A stretch of DNA of 64,000 nt from Perkinsus chesapeaki ATCC PRA-425 (GCA_013115145.1 JAAPAO010000118.1:1-64000); one strand, 5' to 3'; shown: positions 12,745 to 25,453, numbered from the stretch's first letter. A program made the numbers and translations. Notes: generated from the sequence alone by a model not told the origin.

Positions 12745-13004
12745 TCAGCCTGTGTTGCATCTATTATTATACACTTGATAGGGAAAGTGGTATTTCCTGC
12801 TAATGACTGCGTCGTAATAATGCTAAAGCTAGGAGGACATTCCCTCCCTTTCCGGTCTCTTTCGTCTTCCCTATTATACATAGGGACCCTGTGGTAGGGT
12901 ATCTCTGATACCCTATTAATATGCGGTGGCTTTGTTCTTGTTTCCATCGCACCAGTGATGATCCGGTTGTGTTTTGTAAGCTCTATCATCTGCGTATAGG
13001 ATAG
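12745..13004 (+). other. Second copy of the duplicated coding-like segment at 8177-8419
   Basis: Two conserved blocks separated by a diverged middle that contains a stop codon. Confidence 0.45.
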
Positions 13005-13360
13005 AGGAAACGTTGTCCGCGTCAAAACACGGGGCGGCCAGCGGAAAGAAAAACAGCGATTCTTTCTTCCATCGTGTTTTCCATTCGTGCATGAAGTAAA
13101 ACGGAAAATCATCGGAGCTTTGCTGAGGTAGCTTTGGTGTCATAAATCTTGTCCATCATGCTGATCGATCCTTGCACTATATAGCTCACACAATTCCGGT
13201 CTTTGGTAGACAGTCTATCGCGCAATTGTCGTACCACAGTATTACAATTATACTATTACTAGCTTCCTTTACTCGTGATATTCTACCCATTACTCACTTT
13301 TCTCTATTAACCTATCTCGTTAAGTATGAGCCTGATCTATAATCGTTGAGTCACGACTAT

Positions 13361-13382
13361 GCTATCCGGGATAGCCTATCCC
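13361..13382. mobile_element. 22-bp footprint (perfect), 8-mer GCTATCCC
   Basis: gctatcc-gggatagc-ctatccc. Confidence 0.75.
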
Positions 13383-13801
13383 TAACGAGATAGTGCATCC
13401 TGTCGACTCGACTCCATAGTAGTTGCAGTTGATTTTCTTATAGTTCCCCGACTATGATCGAACAGTTGATCGTGCTGGTGGTCCAATACCAACAGTTGAA
13501 GTGTTGTCCTCTGTAGGTGTGCAAGGCAAAGTTGTGCATTTATTTCACCTTGAGTCGAGGTTCACGGCAAGTGCCAATACGAATATCCTTCAAGACCATC
13601 ATCTCTTCTTGAAATTCCCGGAAAACAGGCGTTTCATTTGATGGAAGTTTTGATTAAAGACTGGGACAAACTGAAGGTGCGTACATTTATTACAAGGAAG
13701 ACATTACCCATGTTTAACATGCACAGTTAACAAGCAGTATTACACAAGGTGTTACAGTAAGAGCCAAGAAAGCTCATAGTCAAATCGCTACAGCCAAAAG
13801 G

Positions 13802-16697
13802 CTAAAAGTGACGATCACAAATTGACTGTATAGCGGACGCGGCGGGAGTTGATTGTTGAATGTTCTCAACTTGAAGGATGTGTGAGCAAGTGCTAGCTTC
13901 CGGTAGATTCACCACCTTCGTGAGGCCCCTGAAAGAATCTCCGCTGTGCTCCCAAAGTCTCCACCCATCCCAATCGGAGGACTATTTCATTGAAAGCCGT
14001 CTCACCTTCTGAGAGTGCCACTTGCACTCGGACAGGTCGCATAAAGTGTCCAATTATATCCACTCTCAGAATCGACTTTGTAGAAGAGCACGAATGTTTG
14101 TGATTTACCAGTAACATCACCATCGGTGCTCAACATACATTGCTTTGTACCATGAATATCATACAATCGCATCTGACACAATCTCATAGTACATCAAACA
14201 CCGAAAAAAATACACCACTCATTTACCTGTCCAGCGTTGCCTGTCCCTGTTGGGGCAGTCCTATCGGATAAAATCGGTTCGAATAGCTTACAAAGGCTTT
14301 TCGTCCATGCCTCCTTATTTGTCGCTCCTGGTATGAGCCACTTCCACATTGTACAGCAGTCGCTATACTCCGTATTGGTGACTATTATCATTAAAAGGTC
14401 CCTGCCACCAATATGAAAGGCAACGAGCTTTCTGTGTAACCTACGTTCTAAGATTCTTGGTGCCGTCCATATAGCATCTACTCCTGAGCTCCCATATCCT
14501 TCGACCGGTATCATACATCATATGGAAGACTGACGATTCCCCACCGTAAAGAGTTGAGCAGCTGAGGCCTGTACGACCGCCCTCTGAAGGCTGAGGGGAC
14601 AATCCTCTACCGCCGTCATTCATTAAAGGTCTAGTAGTAGGGTTGTTATAATATGGTCTAGTAGTAGGGTTGTCATAATACGGCCTAGTAGTAGGGTTAT
14701 TATAATACGGCCTAGTAGTATGCCTAGTGGTAGGGTTATTATANNNNNNNNNNNNNNNNNNNNNNNNNNNNNNNNNNNNNNNNNNNNNNNNNNNNNNNNN
14801 NNNNNNNNNNNNNNNNNNNNNNNNNNNNNNNNNNNNNNNNNTAATATGGTCTAGTGGTAGGGTTATTATAATATGGTCTAGTGGTAGGGTTATTATAATA
14901 CGGTCTAGTAGTATGCCTAGTGGTAGGGTTATTATAATATGGTCTAGTGGTAGGGTTATTATAATATGGTCTAGTGGTAGGGTTATTATAATACGGTCTA
15001 GTAGTAGGTCTAGTGGTAGGGTTGTTATAATATGGTCTAGTAGTAGGGTTGTTATAATATGGTCTAGTAGTAGGCCTAGTGCTAGGGTTACCAGATGTGC
15101 CCCCAAAATATCGGCCACATACGGTATCAATAGCAACACGTGCCGTCACTTGTAAATTTGGAACACCTTCGTTGAGGAGAATCTTCTTGCAGTCAGCGTT
15201 ACTGGTTGCTCCCGATACAACCAAAGTTGCCCTTAGTCCTCTACACACAAATACTTCAGCAACTGCCGCCATGATTCTATCACAGCAGCAGCTTACCTTT
15301 TAACACCATCAGACTCGCTTGGATCAGGACAACTGGCGTCCAGGGTCCACTGTGATGAGGGAGAGATAACCTTATGAAACAATATGAAAAATTCGCCGTC
15401 CATGAGTGAACAATGGTCTATATTCTTAACCCGACTGGAACGTATCTAAATCGATAAGTGCCTCAAAAGTCTTTACTTATGAAACCTACGTTGTTGGCTT
15501 GGCCAGTGCCGTTGAAGGGAGTGCCCACATTCAGGAGAGGGCAGAATGATCTGATCCACGCTGGGTCCCCTTGCACCCCAGGAGAGAGATAATGGAAAAA
15601 CGGGGTGCATGAAGAGTAGGCCTTGTCGGTCGCCAAGTACATCCTCATATCCCTGAAAACACAAAAGGCATACGGAGTCGAGATGATGCACGGTGTGATA
15701 GAAATGTTTATAATGACACACAATCGACGAGCTTTGAAGGGTATGTGGTTACTTTTTGAGCATGTTAGTCCCTGGTATATAACAGTAACCATCAACTCTC
15801 CATATAGTCAATCCAATATCATACATCATATGGAACCCAACACCTTGAGGGGCATCGTAGGCCCCACAGTATATACCTGTTCTTTGCTTCAAATTCGCGG
15901 CTGGTGTCGTGGAACCGTATGGCCTGGTAGTAGGGTTATTATAATACGGTCTAGTGGTCGGTCTAGTAGTAGGCCTAGTGGTCGGTCTAGTGGTCGGGCT
16001 AATAGTAGGCCTGGTGTTGGGTGAAGAGGTAGGGTTTATGTACGGTGTAGTAGCAGTTGTCATAATGCTTGGACGGCCCATATTGACAGGTCTAGTGGTG
16101 ACCATAGGTTCTGCTGTTGTAGTAGATTGTGGTATACCACTAATAGTGCCACATATCTTATCCATGGCTCCGGTCTCATCCAACTGGGAGCTCCCTATTA
16201 TACCCAGGAATATGCGACTGCAGGATTGGTAACCAGATAGACCATTCGGTGTGACAACATTTGCCAAAGGAAGCCTAACAGAAATAATCCTCGTCAAATC
16301 TCGAACCATGTAACACCAGGCTCACAAATTAGATCCCTGGTCAGAGGGGCACTGCGCTAGTCGCTTCCAATTGGTGCCAGCGCCTGTGGGTTGGTAGTAG
16401 AGCAAGAAGGTATCTTTGTTAACCATGATGAGACATTGGTCCGCGCCAGTGTAACGACCGTATTGAACCTGAACAGGAAAAAGTTTGCTGCTGGGAATCG
16501 CGGATGACATTTACCCAGAAGGGCCACTGAGCGCCAGGCTCCCTGAACTTCGGGGCCTCCTTAATTTCCAGGTGGAAGTGACGAACACAAACCAGTCTCA
16601 TTATTGTGGCGGCCGACAACTTGGGATGAAAGTGGAACATAGTAAGCAAGTCCATACAGCTATCTGGAGATCTACCCACGGCGACCATCTTATACAA
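13802..16697 (-). CDS. Large modular, probably secreted protein: repeated two-Cys modules plus Thr/Pro and RPYYNNPTT linkers; 5' end uncertain; spans an assembly gap
   Basis: Exon-sized modules recur in order: C.L...F.L.Y/H...W.L.A.CP (three times), C..I/F......A...C, and FHMMYD.G..IW...CY..GT (twice). They are joined by GT-AG introns and end ICDRHF* at 13802. Confidence 0.65.
14628..15085 (-). repeat. Coding tandem repeat with a 27-bp unit (RPYYNNPTT) and 12-bp RPTT/RHTT inserts; N gap at 14744-14841
   Basis: Unit ggtctagtggtagggttattataatat (plus strand) repeated more than 10 times. Confidence 0.95.
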
Positions 16698-16780
16698 AGG
16701 CCTGAGACAGCAAAATAGCTAAAGGAAGGGGGAGCTCCAAAGAAAGGAGTAGAACTGAGGTTAGAAGATCGCAGGAAGGA

Positions 16781-17794
16781 TCATGCCCAGTGTCGTCTGT
16801 ATTTCACTAGGGATACGGACGGCAGTCCCTGCTTTAGAGAGGACTCCTCTCTAAAGCAGGGACTCCTCTCAGAGGAGTTCTTGCTAAGCATGAGTAAGTT
16901 GAATCCGATACAGTAAACAATACAGTGAACGGTACGGTGGTCTATTTCCATACGGTGCCACATGAGCTGATCACCTAAAATAGGCATATCCTTCTCACTT
17001 TGGATAGAGTCCTCTGGAGTATTCATCATAATTACAACGGGCGTGGAGGAGCCACACAGTATCAAGGGAGCTGTCCTCGGGTCTCGATAAGTTGAAGTAC
17101 TGTTCACCGACGCTCACGCCGTTGCATTTATAGAAGGAGCCCTGAAGGGAAGTGATGTAAAAAGGGCGTCGATATAGACCAATATTTATGTTATGAAATC
17201 TACCGGATTTGAAGGCGCCTCGGTTGTAGTGGTTGACGCTTTAGTTGTAGGAGTAGTGTGTCGACTACAAAGCTCGTCCACCACTTGCTCAGGGGTGAGT
17301 TCTATGCTCAATCCGAAGGACTCGAAGATTCCCCGACAGTCTGCCTTCCCTGACTGAGCGATGTTGATGCCATCCGTTGGTAGGAGACCCTCGGCGTTAC
17401 GAGACCAAATCCTACAAAGAACGATCGTGGAGCATGACTTCATTTAGCGATAAGAACTCACTTGAATTTAGGCTCTATATTGCGGCACTTTCCCGCCACC
17501 TGTACACGATAGGAGCCCTAGCAGGACGAGAAATTAAGAAACAACAGTGGTATTGAATGACAATAACCTACTTCTCCAGAGCGGGTACTAGTGATACCGA
17601 AGAATATGGTCTCGCTGGTCACTGACAGCAAACACATCGTTCGAGTGGGCAGCTGCTTTGTGCGTATCTGAGAAATATCATCTAGCGATAACATTGGTGA
17701 CCTATGAATGCATACCTCATCCAACCAAGTCTTTTTTACTGTCGTACCTGCCGTCGTCGTCGTTGTGGTGGTGGTGGTCGTCGTCGTCGTCGTT

Positions 17795-17831
<37 letters not shown>

Positions 17832-18060
17832 AAGTTGTTGTTGTGGTAGTTGTGGTAGTTGTGGTAGTGGGTACATGTCGACTGCATAACTCATCCACAA
17901 CATCTTCTGGGGTCAATTCTAGACTCAATCCAAATGACTCAAACATCCCACGACAGTTAGGTGCATTAGATTGCCCTATTAAGATACCATCCTCGGGAAG
18001 GAACCCAGCAGCAGGCAAAACCCAAATCCTAAAAACAACAGAAATGCGCTCGAAGACAGA
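16781..18060 (-). CDS. Modular mucin-like protein segment: two copies of the CRG.FESFGLS.ELTPE.VVDELCSR module with a poly-Thr tract
   Basis: ORFs 17518-18018 and 17186-17443; poly-Thr at about 17750-17870 followed by TWLDE and an intron. Confidence 0.55.
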
Positions 18061-18154
18061 TACTTCAGAGCCAATCCTCGACCACGACGGTCGTGGACGA
18101 TATAATAACGGGAAGAAATGGAAGCTCGAAATAAGAAAATCGCCGGAAGGCGCA

Positions 18155-18176
18155 GTGGTGAGTCACCACTGGTGAC
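18155..18176. mobile_element. 22-bp footprint (perfect), 8-mer GTGGTGAC
   Basis: gtggtga-gtcaccac-tggtgac. Confidence 0.75.
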
Positions 18177-18316
18177 AGATGCTATTGGCGGGCCGTAGGC
18201 GGCAGCAGTATACGGTTCGTAGAGTGAGCCAAAATCATGATCGGTCTGGTTCTGCTCAGAGCTTTGGAGTGTTTGAGTCTTCCCGAGTCCATGGAGCCCG
18301 TGGCTTGGACGGTGGC

Positions 18317-18338
18317 CATGTGACTCACATGATGTGCG
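18317..18338. mobile_element. 22-bp footprint (1 mismatch), 8-mer CATGTGAG
   Basis: catgtga-ctcacatg-atgtgcg. Confidence 0.65.
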
Positions 18339-18759
18339 GACAGAGACCCAAAAGTGTGAGCATCTCCAAGTCGTTATCAGGAACGGGCGCCTATCATGAT
18401 TTTTGCGCGACTGCAAAAATTCTGTTAGGATGGCCGTGTTTCCCGGAAGCGGAGGGATGGGCCCAGAAAAATCTCACGTAAAACGTGATAAAGCTGCAAT
18501 TATCTCACCGACTCATCGATAGAATCAGGATTTCAAAACTGAAAGATATGTGGCGCGCGGGATAGGCTGCTCTGCGCAGCCGTAATATACCGCGCGCATC
18601 CGCAGCCACAGAGGCAGTGGCACTGCGCCGCCGTCATGATTTTGACCGACCAATCCTTGATCACCCAGGCCACGCGTGTCCCGAGCAATCTCCAATTGAC
18701 CTCGCATAGAGATGCATGTTGTAAGATCGAGGGCTGATCAAATCAACTTGAATTACGAT

Positions 18760-21086
18760 AGTGCCTCGCAAGACTTCACAGTAGGACTACAACAATCGGA
18801 ACTCATACTGTATAACTGAGAATTGCAGACGGGATAACCCAGTTGTCGCCTTACTTTCTGGGAGGATCACTGTTACGACACTTCCCAGCAACTTCAACAC
18901 GATTAGGCAGCCCCTAAAGATATAATACAATACTGGGGCAGGAGGGAGGATGTTACTTTAGCTTCTCGAGTTATGGCGATACCAAAGAATATCTCATCTG
19001 CAGGATGGGATATGATACACATAATCCTATCATTAGTCTTCTTGCTTTTAACCTGATAACTTCACCATCACACCATCGACTAATATTATAATAATTATAC
19101 CTCATCCAACCAAGTCTTCTTTACTGTCGTCGTTGTCGTTGTGGTGGTCATTGTCGTTGTGGTAGGAATTGGAGTTGTTGTTGTTGTTGTTTCAGAGGGG
19201 GTGTATCGACTGCATAACTCATCCACAACTTCTTCTGGTGTCAAGTCTAGACTCAAGCCAAATGACTCAAACATCCCACGACAGTTAGGTGCATTAGATT
19301 GCCCTATTAAGATACCATCCTCGGGAAGGAACCCAGCAGCAGGCAAAACCCAAATCCTAAAAACAACACCAAACCTACGCCTCGCATACTCCCGACTTAG
19401 GCGATCGACCACCCAGCACGAGTGGTTTAAACTTCGCCGAAAACGAAGTCATATATCCGAGAAAGAGCAAGCCGATGAACTAGAAATCTCCGGGCTTATT
19501 CTGTTACACGATGACAAATATCAATATTGATGCTTTGCCTCGGATCTTCAGAAAGTGGCAAGGGCCAGTCACATCAATCGAACTTCTCGATGGAAGGTAT
19601 TTTTACCGACGCAGTTTGGCCTATTCGCACTTTCGATGAAAGCAAGCCACCGCCATACACCGAGTAATTTCCATCTCCCGCTGCTTATGGATACGTCACG
19701 GTAATTTTCAAAACCTCATTGGAGTGATTAGGCAACTGAAATTGTGGCAGAGTGTCAAGCCCGGAGACTCTCCCTCTGACTGAGCTGGCTCCTTGTTTCA
19801 CACTGTTGCTGGATGCAAGCAAATGAGCTTTTTCTATGTCATCAGCTTTGGAGCAAGTAATGGTCATTGAAGTATCGATCGCGGCTCAGTTGTCGCCTTA
19901 CTTTCTAGGGGGGTCACTGTTACGACACTTCCCAGCAACTTCAACACGATTAGGCAGCCCCTAAAGATATAATATAATACTGGGGCAGGAGGGAGGATGT
20001 TACTTTAGCTTCTCGAGTTATGGCGATACCAAAGAATATCTCATCTGCANNNNNNNNNNNNNNNNNNNNNNNNNNNNNNNNNNNNNNNNNNNNNNNNNNN
20101 NNNNNNNNNNNNNNNNNNNNNNNNNNNNNNNNNNNNNNNNNNNNNNNNATCGACTGCATAACTCATCCACAACTTCTTCTGGTGTCAAGTCTAGACTCAA
20201 GCCAAATGACTCAAACATCCCTCGACAGTCTGGTGTAGTTGAATCCGCATGCACTAGTCCCTCTTGAGGTAGCAAATTCCGCGCTAAAGTCGTCCAAGAC
20301 CTATGCAGATCTCCAACTCAGCGGCCTCCATCAAAAGATCTCACCTTCTCGCGGTAGCTGCTGCTCCACCTTCCTTACATTGAGCTCCGAATACGATCTT
20401 CTTATTCACCTGCATAAACGGTTCTCCCGTGAGGTTGAAGGTTGACCTACCGAGGCAGTAGCGTCGCTAATAATGCCAAAGAAGGTGTTGGCCTGGACCG
20501 CTGGCAGTTGACAAAGGGTCTCGTTATGGTCACCAGCTTGTCGTATCTGATCAGAGCAGGCGTAACTAATCTTTTTGAAGCTTCAATATACCTCATCAAG
20601 CCACGTTCTAGCTGCAGCCGTTGAAGTAGTACTCGATTCGGTAGTGGTAGTTGTAGTGCTTTCAGTGGTAGTTGTTGTGGTAGTTGTAGTGCTTTCAGTA
20701 GTGCTTTCAATGGTAGTTGTAGGGCTTTCAGTAGTGCTTTCAGTGGTAGTTGTAGGGCTTTCAGTAGTGCTTTCAGTGGTAGTTGTAGTGCTTTCAGTAG
20801 TGCTTTCAGTAGTGCTTTCAGTAGCGCTTTCAGTGGTAGTTGTTGTGGTAGTTGTAGCGGTAGTTGTAGTGCTTTCAGTAGTGCTTTCGGTGGTAGTGGT
20901 GGTTGTAGTGGTAGTTGTTGTGGTTGGTCGAGTCCCAATAGGTCTAGTTTGTGGTATGAACGGTGGCAGTGTAGTGCGTCCGTCATTCCTCGGCGCTGAT
21001 TGAGTAGTCCTTGAGGTACTAGTAGTGCTCGTTGTTGTTGTTGCTGTTGTTGCTGTTGTTGTCGTTGTTGTTGTTGCTGTTGTTGG

Positions 21087-21123
<37 letters not shown>

Positions 21124-22250
21124 AAAGCATTAGCAATAAGACGACACACTTCATCAACAGCTTCCTTCACACTAACTGTTGGATCGATGCCAAATGTTCT
21201 ATAAATATCTTTGCATCCGTCAACAGACCCTTCACCATTTCTAGCTGCTCTCACCACCTCATCGCTCACCATGCCCCCCGACGCCTCGAGACTCCTAGAA
21301 AGCAGCACCACTGTAGAAAACCAACTGAAGATCTGAATGCCTTACTTCAGCACGGTCTTCCTCTCCGGAGATTCATAGCAGTCACCTTTGACAAGGACTT
21401 CGCTGCCACTACGGACCACCTCGACCTCCTGACCGCTGGTGTCGTCCGACAGCCCGCACCCGAAGGCTTCCTCGTTGCCCTCGCGTGCATAGTCAGGAAG
21501 TGGCGTGACCTTAACGCCGAGGTTGAAGGAGTTGGTATCAATTCTGCTATCCTCACCTCATCGATCCACTGTTTGCTCTCTGGCATTTCCGGACCATTTT
21601 CTTGTGGCCAGAACGATGCGCACATTCCTCGGACCGCCTCATCAACGGATGCGTAAGGTTCCTTATTAACAGTGCCAGCAAATGATTGAAATGTTGACGA
21701 GCAAGCGATGGGAGCCTCCAAACTGACGCGCCCCAGTAAGCTGTTTTCGGCAGCTGTGACGGTTCTGTCTCTAAAATGACAGCAGTGATACCTCATCGCG
21801 CTGAAGAGGCACCCACCTAACCATTGCCTTCTTCTCCAAATCATAGCAGTCCCCGGAGACCTTTTCGATGAGCGGGGCATTGCCGGTTTCTATCGTAATA
21901 TGAATGAAGATCTGTTCGTGTGTCCTAGGACTCTGTATCGAGCACAAGGACGGGTTGCGTTGACTGGCCTGTGGTATCGATGCAACGCGGTACCTCCTTG
22001 CCAATAGCAGCCGTACGTACTTGATTCCACCATTCCACCCACTCATGAGAGACTGTTTCTGTATCACGTTGCAAGAGAGAGCGAAGAGAGAATGCAGGAA
22101 AGGTGTGTGTCCACGCCTGACAGGCGAATGCTACAGGCTACGTCGAACAGGCAGTCCTACACTAGCCAGAGCCGATCGAGCGTCAGACATTATGCACTCG
22201 ATCCTATATAGGAAACCCCCACCGGGTGAGCTGTTGACTTCAGTATGACT
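18760..22250 (-). CDS. Modular mucin-like protein(s): at least four Cys-module units with Thr-rich stalks; gene boundaries uncertain; N gap at 20050-20148
   Basis: Units end in W[LI]DE plus an intron (about 21560, 20590, 19100); GDCY and FFGI modules follow; (T)n and (TTES)n tract at 20630-21125. Confidence 0.6.
18841..20049. repeat. Recent tandem segmental duplications within the mucin cluster
   Basis: 18841-18990 is near identical to 19889-20049; 17935-18045 to 19255-19370; 19205-19280 to 20149-20225. Confidence 0.85.
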
Positions 22251-22906
22251 GAAAAGGATAAGCAATGTTGTTCTAGTTTGAAGGGAAGGATATCCTACTG
22301 GTCGCCGTGACCCATCACGTAGTGGCTTGAACTAGCGATTGCACTCCCCAAGAGGAAAGTGTTGATCAATCGCATCGTATTAAGGGGCTTGAACAAAGAC
22401 AATACAAGTCCTAAAGCGGTCAAATGTCCCGATTCAACCCAACGACCACGGCCGCACAACCAATGGAACTAGTTGCGCCGACAAAAGCGCGCGCCCCGCC
22501 CTTCGTGCGCAAAATGGAAACGCAGGTTACTTGGCCTTCTTCTATCTAATGGTTGTTCACCAATTGAGTGTCTTTAGACCGTGTCAATCATCGACGGCTT
22601 CTCGATGACGCGAATGGGTTACCCAGCGGCGCTATAAGACGCCGAGCGACATCGTCAACGGCAAGCTTTCTTGGTTCGGTTTCGCAGTGTCGCCCTCCTC
22701 GCCAGGTTCTATACCAGTATGGTCCTGTGGTTAATGTAGAGTCGAACGATTGCCACAATTGTGATATTGACACATGTCTTTCCTAGATGCCTATAATTTA
22801 CTGTCGGCAAACCAACTCTATTTAATAATGAAGGATAATGATCAATCAGTGTACGTGCCAAACGCAGGTTAAGTGACATGTAGTAATTTCCCAGGTGCCA
22901 TCATCA

Positions 22907-25453
22907 TCATAACAATACTATCATCACGGTTACATTGTCCATGCTTCCTCGACTAAGCGCCTCTTGAACCTAAACACAACAATAACAACGGCTACTCCCT
23001 ATCCCGTACACATCAAAATTCACGAATAGAACATTACCCAGCAAAGATCTTCTGAGGTGGTGAAGAGCTTTCAATACGTCCCGAGCGCCGAAAAATGTTT
23101 CTAGTGAGAAGATGTTATCGACTCAAGTTTGACGGAAAGCAAGTTGCTGTCAACGAAGGAAGGTCAAATACATTCCCAATAGGACCATGTTACTCGACAA
23201 TTTGCTTGCAGGTAATGATATTAATACGATCATCTACATGAAAGAGTTGAACAATTGAAGACAAGTCAAAGTTTAGGTGGATTCATCCGAACCACTTCAG
23301 TTCAAGTACTGTGGTACAGAGTCTGTAAAACTCGAAAAGTTTTCTCTTTTATTATTCTCACTGTTTTCTCGAAAACATGACACTAAATCGATCATAGTAT
23401 ATTATAGTATATAGAGTATATTATACTCTATTTATAATATTTCACCTCGCTCTTCCCCCATATCTCACCAGCGCGTTGGCTGCAAGCTGCGCAACCATTC
23501 CCCAATGCAGAGGCCATTTTTTGTGGTCCTCATTTTTGGACAAGTCAATCTGAGCTGCTGTCAACTTCGACAGGAACTCCAGCACCAGAGTGACCTGAAC
23601 CGTCATCTCTCCAAGTTGACGAAACCTCTCAGCTACCGCCTCCTGGTCCGATATAACGTCCCATACCCCATCACAAGCTAATATGAGAAAGTGGTCCTTC
23701 GCTTCGTTCAACACCACACTGGAAACATCAGGGATATTGGACACGATATCAGTGACGTTGCCTAAATAGAAAGAAGTCAGTCGACAAGAGCGATGGCAGA
23801 TGAGGCAAAAAAGATCTCCGAGATGAAGTAGCAAGGATGATGATAAGTACCTCAATGCGGACAGGTTGTCATAGAACCTCAAAACCCCTCCCAGTAGAGG
23901 TGCGAAGCTCTTCACAAAAAAGGCTACTAGACGCCCCCGCAGATACAAATCAGCTCTCGGCTTCTGATACATATGTTGAATGCTTCAAACACGATAGGAA
24001 TGCCAGAAGAAAAGAAAAGGTTCACTTCCGCGTCCTCTGATACCGCAATCGCCGCCTACCGACTAACGCTTAGGACCACAAGACACCCACGCAATCGAGA
24101 ATCCACTGAGGCTTCTGAAGCTGCCCAATTCGACAGTTTGGTGCGGGTCTAGTTATTACCAAGAACCAAAGGCATCTCCTCTCCCTCTTCCCTAGCCTTT
24201 GATGCCTTCATAACCGTTTGGATCGATATTGTCCTTTTAAGTTGAAAGTCTCCAAGTGCCCGAGCTATAGCCAGCATACCATTAACTCTATCATTCATTA
24301 CTATACCTACACTAACACATCAACCTCACCAACCACCTTGCTGCTGCATTACCTCCCTTCTGCGTTACCCGAGCCATCTCCACCGGATCAGTTGCCTTGT
24401 GGTCACTTTCACTAGTAAGCCTCACAGCTTTACACCCTCTACACAACACTGCTCTAGAATCACCTAAACCAGCCGCCCTCCGGCCCTCCTTCCCCCTCCT
24501 TCCTCACCAACATGACCGCAATAGAGCGTCCTATCACCATCGAATTCGTACTGCAGCAAGCACGTCACCGCCGTGCCTGATCAAATCCTTTCCGCCGAAC
24601 CAACGGTGTCAGTCTACAGCCTCCCTCCAGAGATTTAATTTCGTTTCTAAAGGCTTCATCGGTCTCCGTATAAGCACTAACCAACGCTTCGCTGGCGTAG
24701 ACGTACCGCGGTGGAGGCGGCCCACTATCGTTGGTTGCTGGATAATACAGTACCAAGCTTGCTGCTATTGAAAATTACTACTGGAAAATGCCGACTTGAA
24801 CGAACTCGTCAGACTTCCCCAGGAGGGCTTCCCCTTTTCTTCCTTTGCTTTCTCCTCCTCTTCTGTCGGCACCTCCAATGTGAGCTTCTCGAGTAGCTTC
24901 CCATGCAACCGTTTGGCAACGAAGTCTACACACTTCCGTCCGCCGTGACCATCGTATCTGGGAAAGAAAGGCACCCTGGCTTGAGAGCAAGGCACAAGGC
25001 TCCACTGCCCCATGAAAAGATACTTTGCTAACTATTATTCTGCCCTATAATAGCACCGGTAATGAAGAGAGCATACTACCTACGAAAACCTTCCAATTAT
25101 AGGCATTGCCCCGCACTGTATCTCAGGGCTAGGAAAATGAACACTAGCAAGATTTCTATTATATCACTGGAAGTTCGCTTCCTATCAAACAAAGATAATG
25201 AAAATGCTGAACGAACCTCGGACAACCATCGACACTATTGCCCATCCCGGAGACACAGCCATTACATCGCCATGAATGATGAGCTACGCTTCCGTCCAAA
25301 GCCATCAATAAAGACGTAAGAGTCTTCCATATCTGGCCTGGCACCGATGTCATCCGCCACACCAACCCCACGGACAGCTGTAGGGCAATGCATCCGAGCC
25401 TTATGGGGAGGAGCTTCCCCTTCATCCTCATCATCCTCCCAGCAGGTAGACAT
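22907..25453 (-). CDS. Protein phosphatase 2C (PPM family), multi-exon
   Basis: Motifs GARPDMED, YDGHGG, FLILACDGVWDV and last exon VQEALSRGSMDNVTVMIVLL* (stop at 22907). Confidence 0.9.

Noticed and set aside
14628-15085. Regular repeats as a possible CRISPR array
   Set aside because: No unique spacers; in-frame coding repeat in a eukaryotic gene.
23411-23438. One-base-spacer palindromes at 23411, 29766, 44123 and 52376 as further scars
   Set aside because: The third segment is missing or has 3 or more mismatches, so they were not counted.
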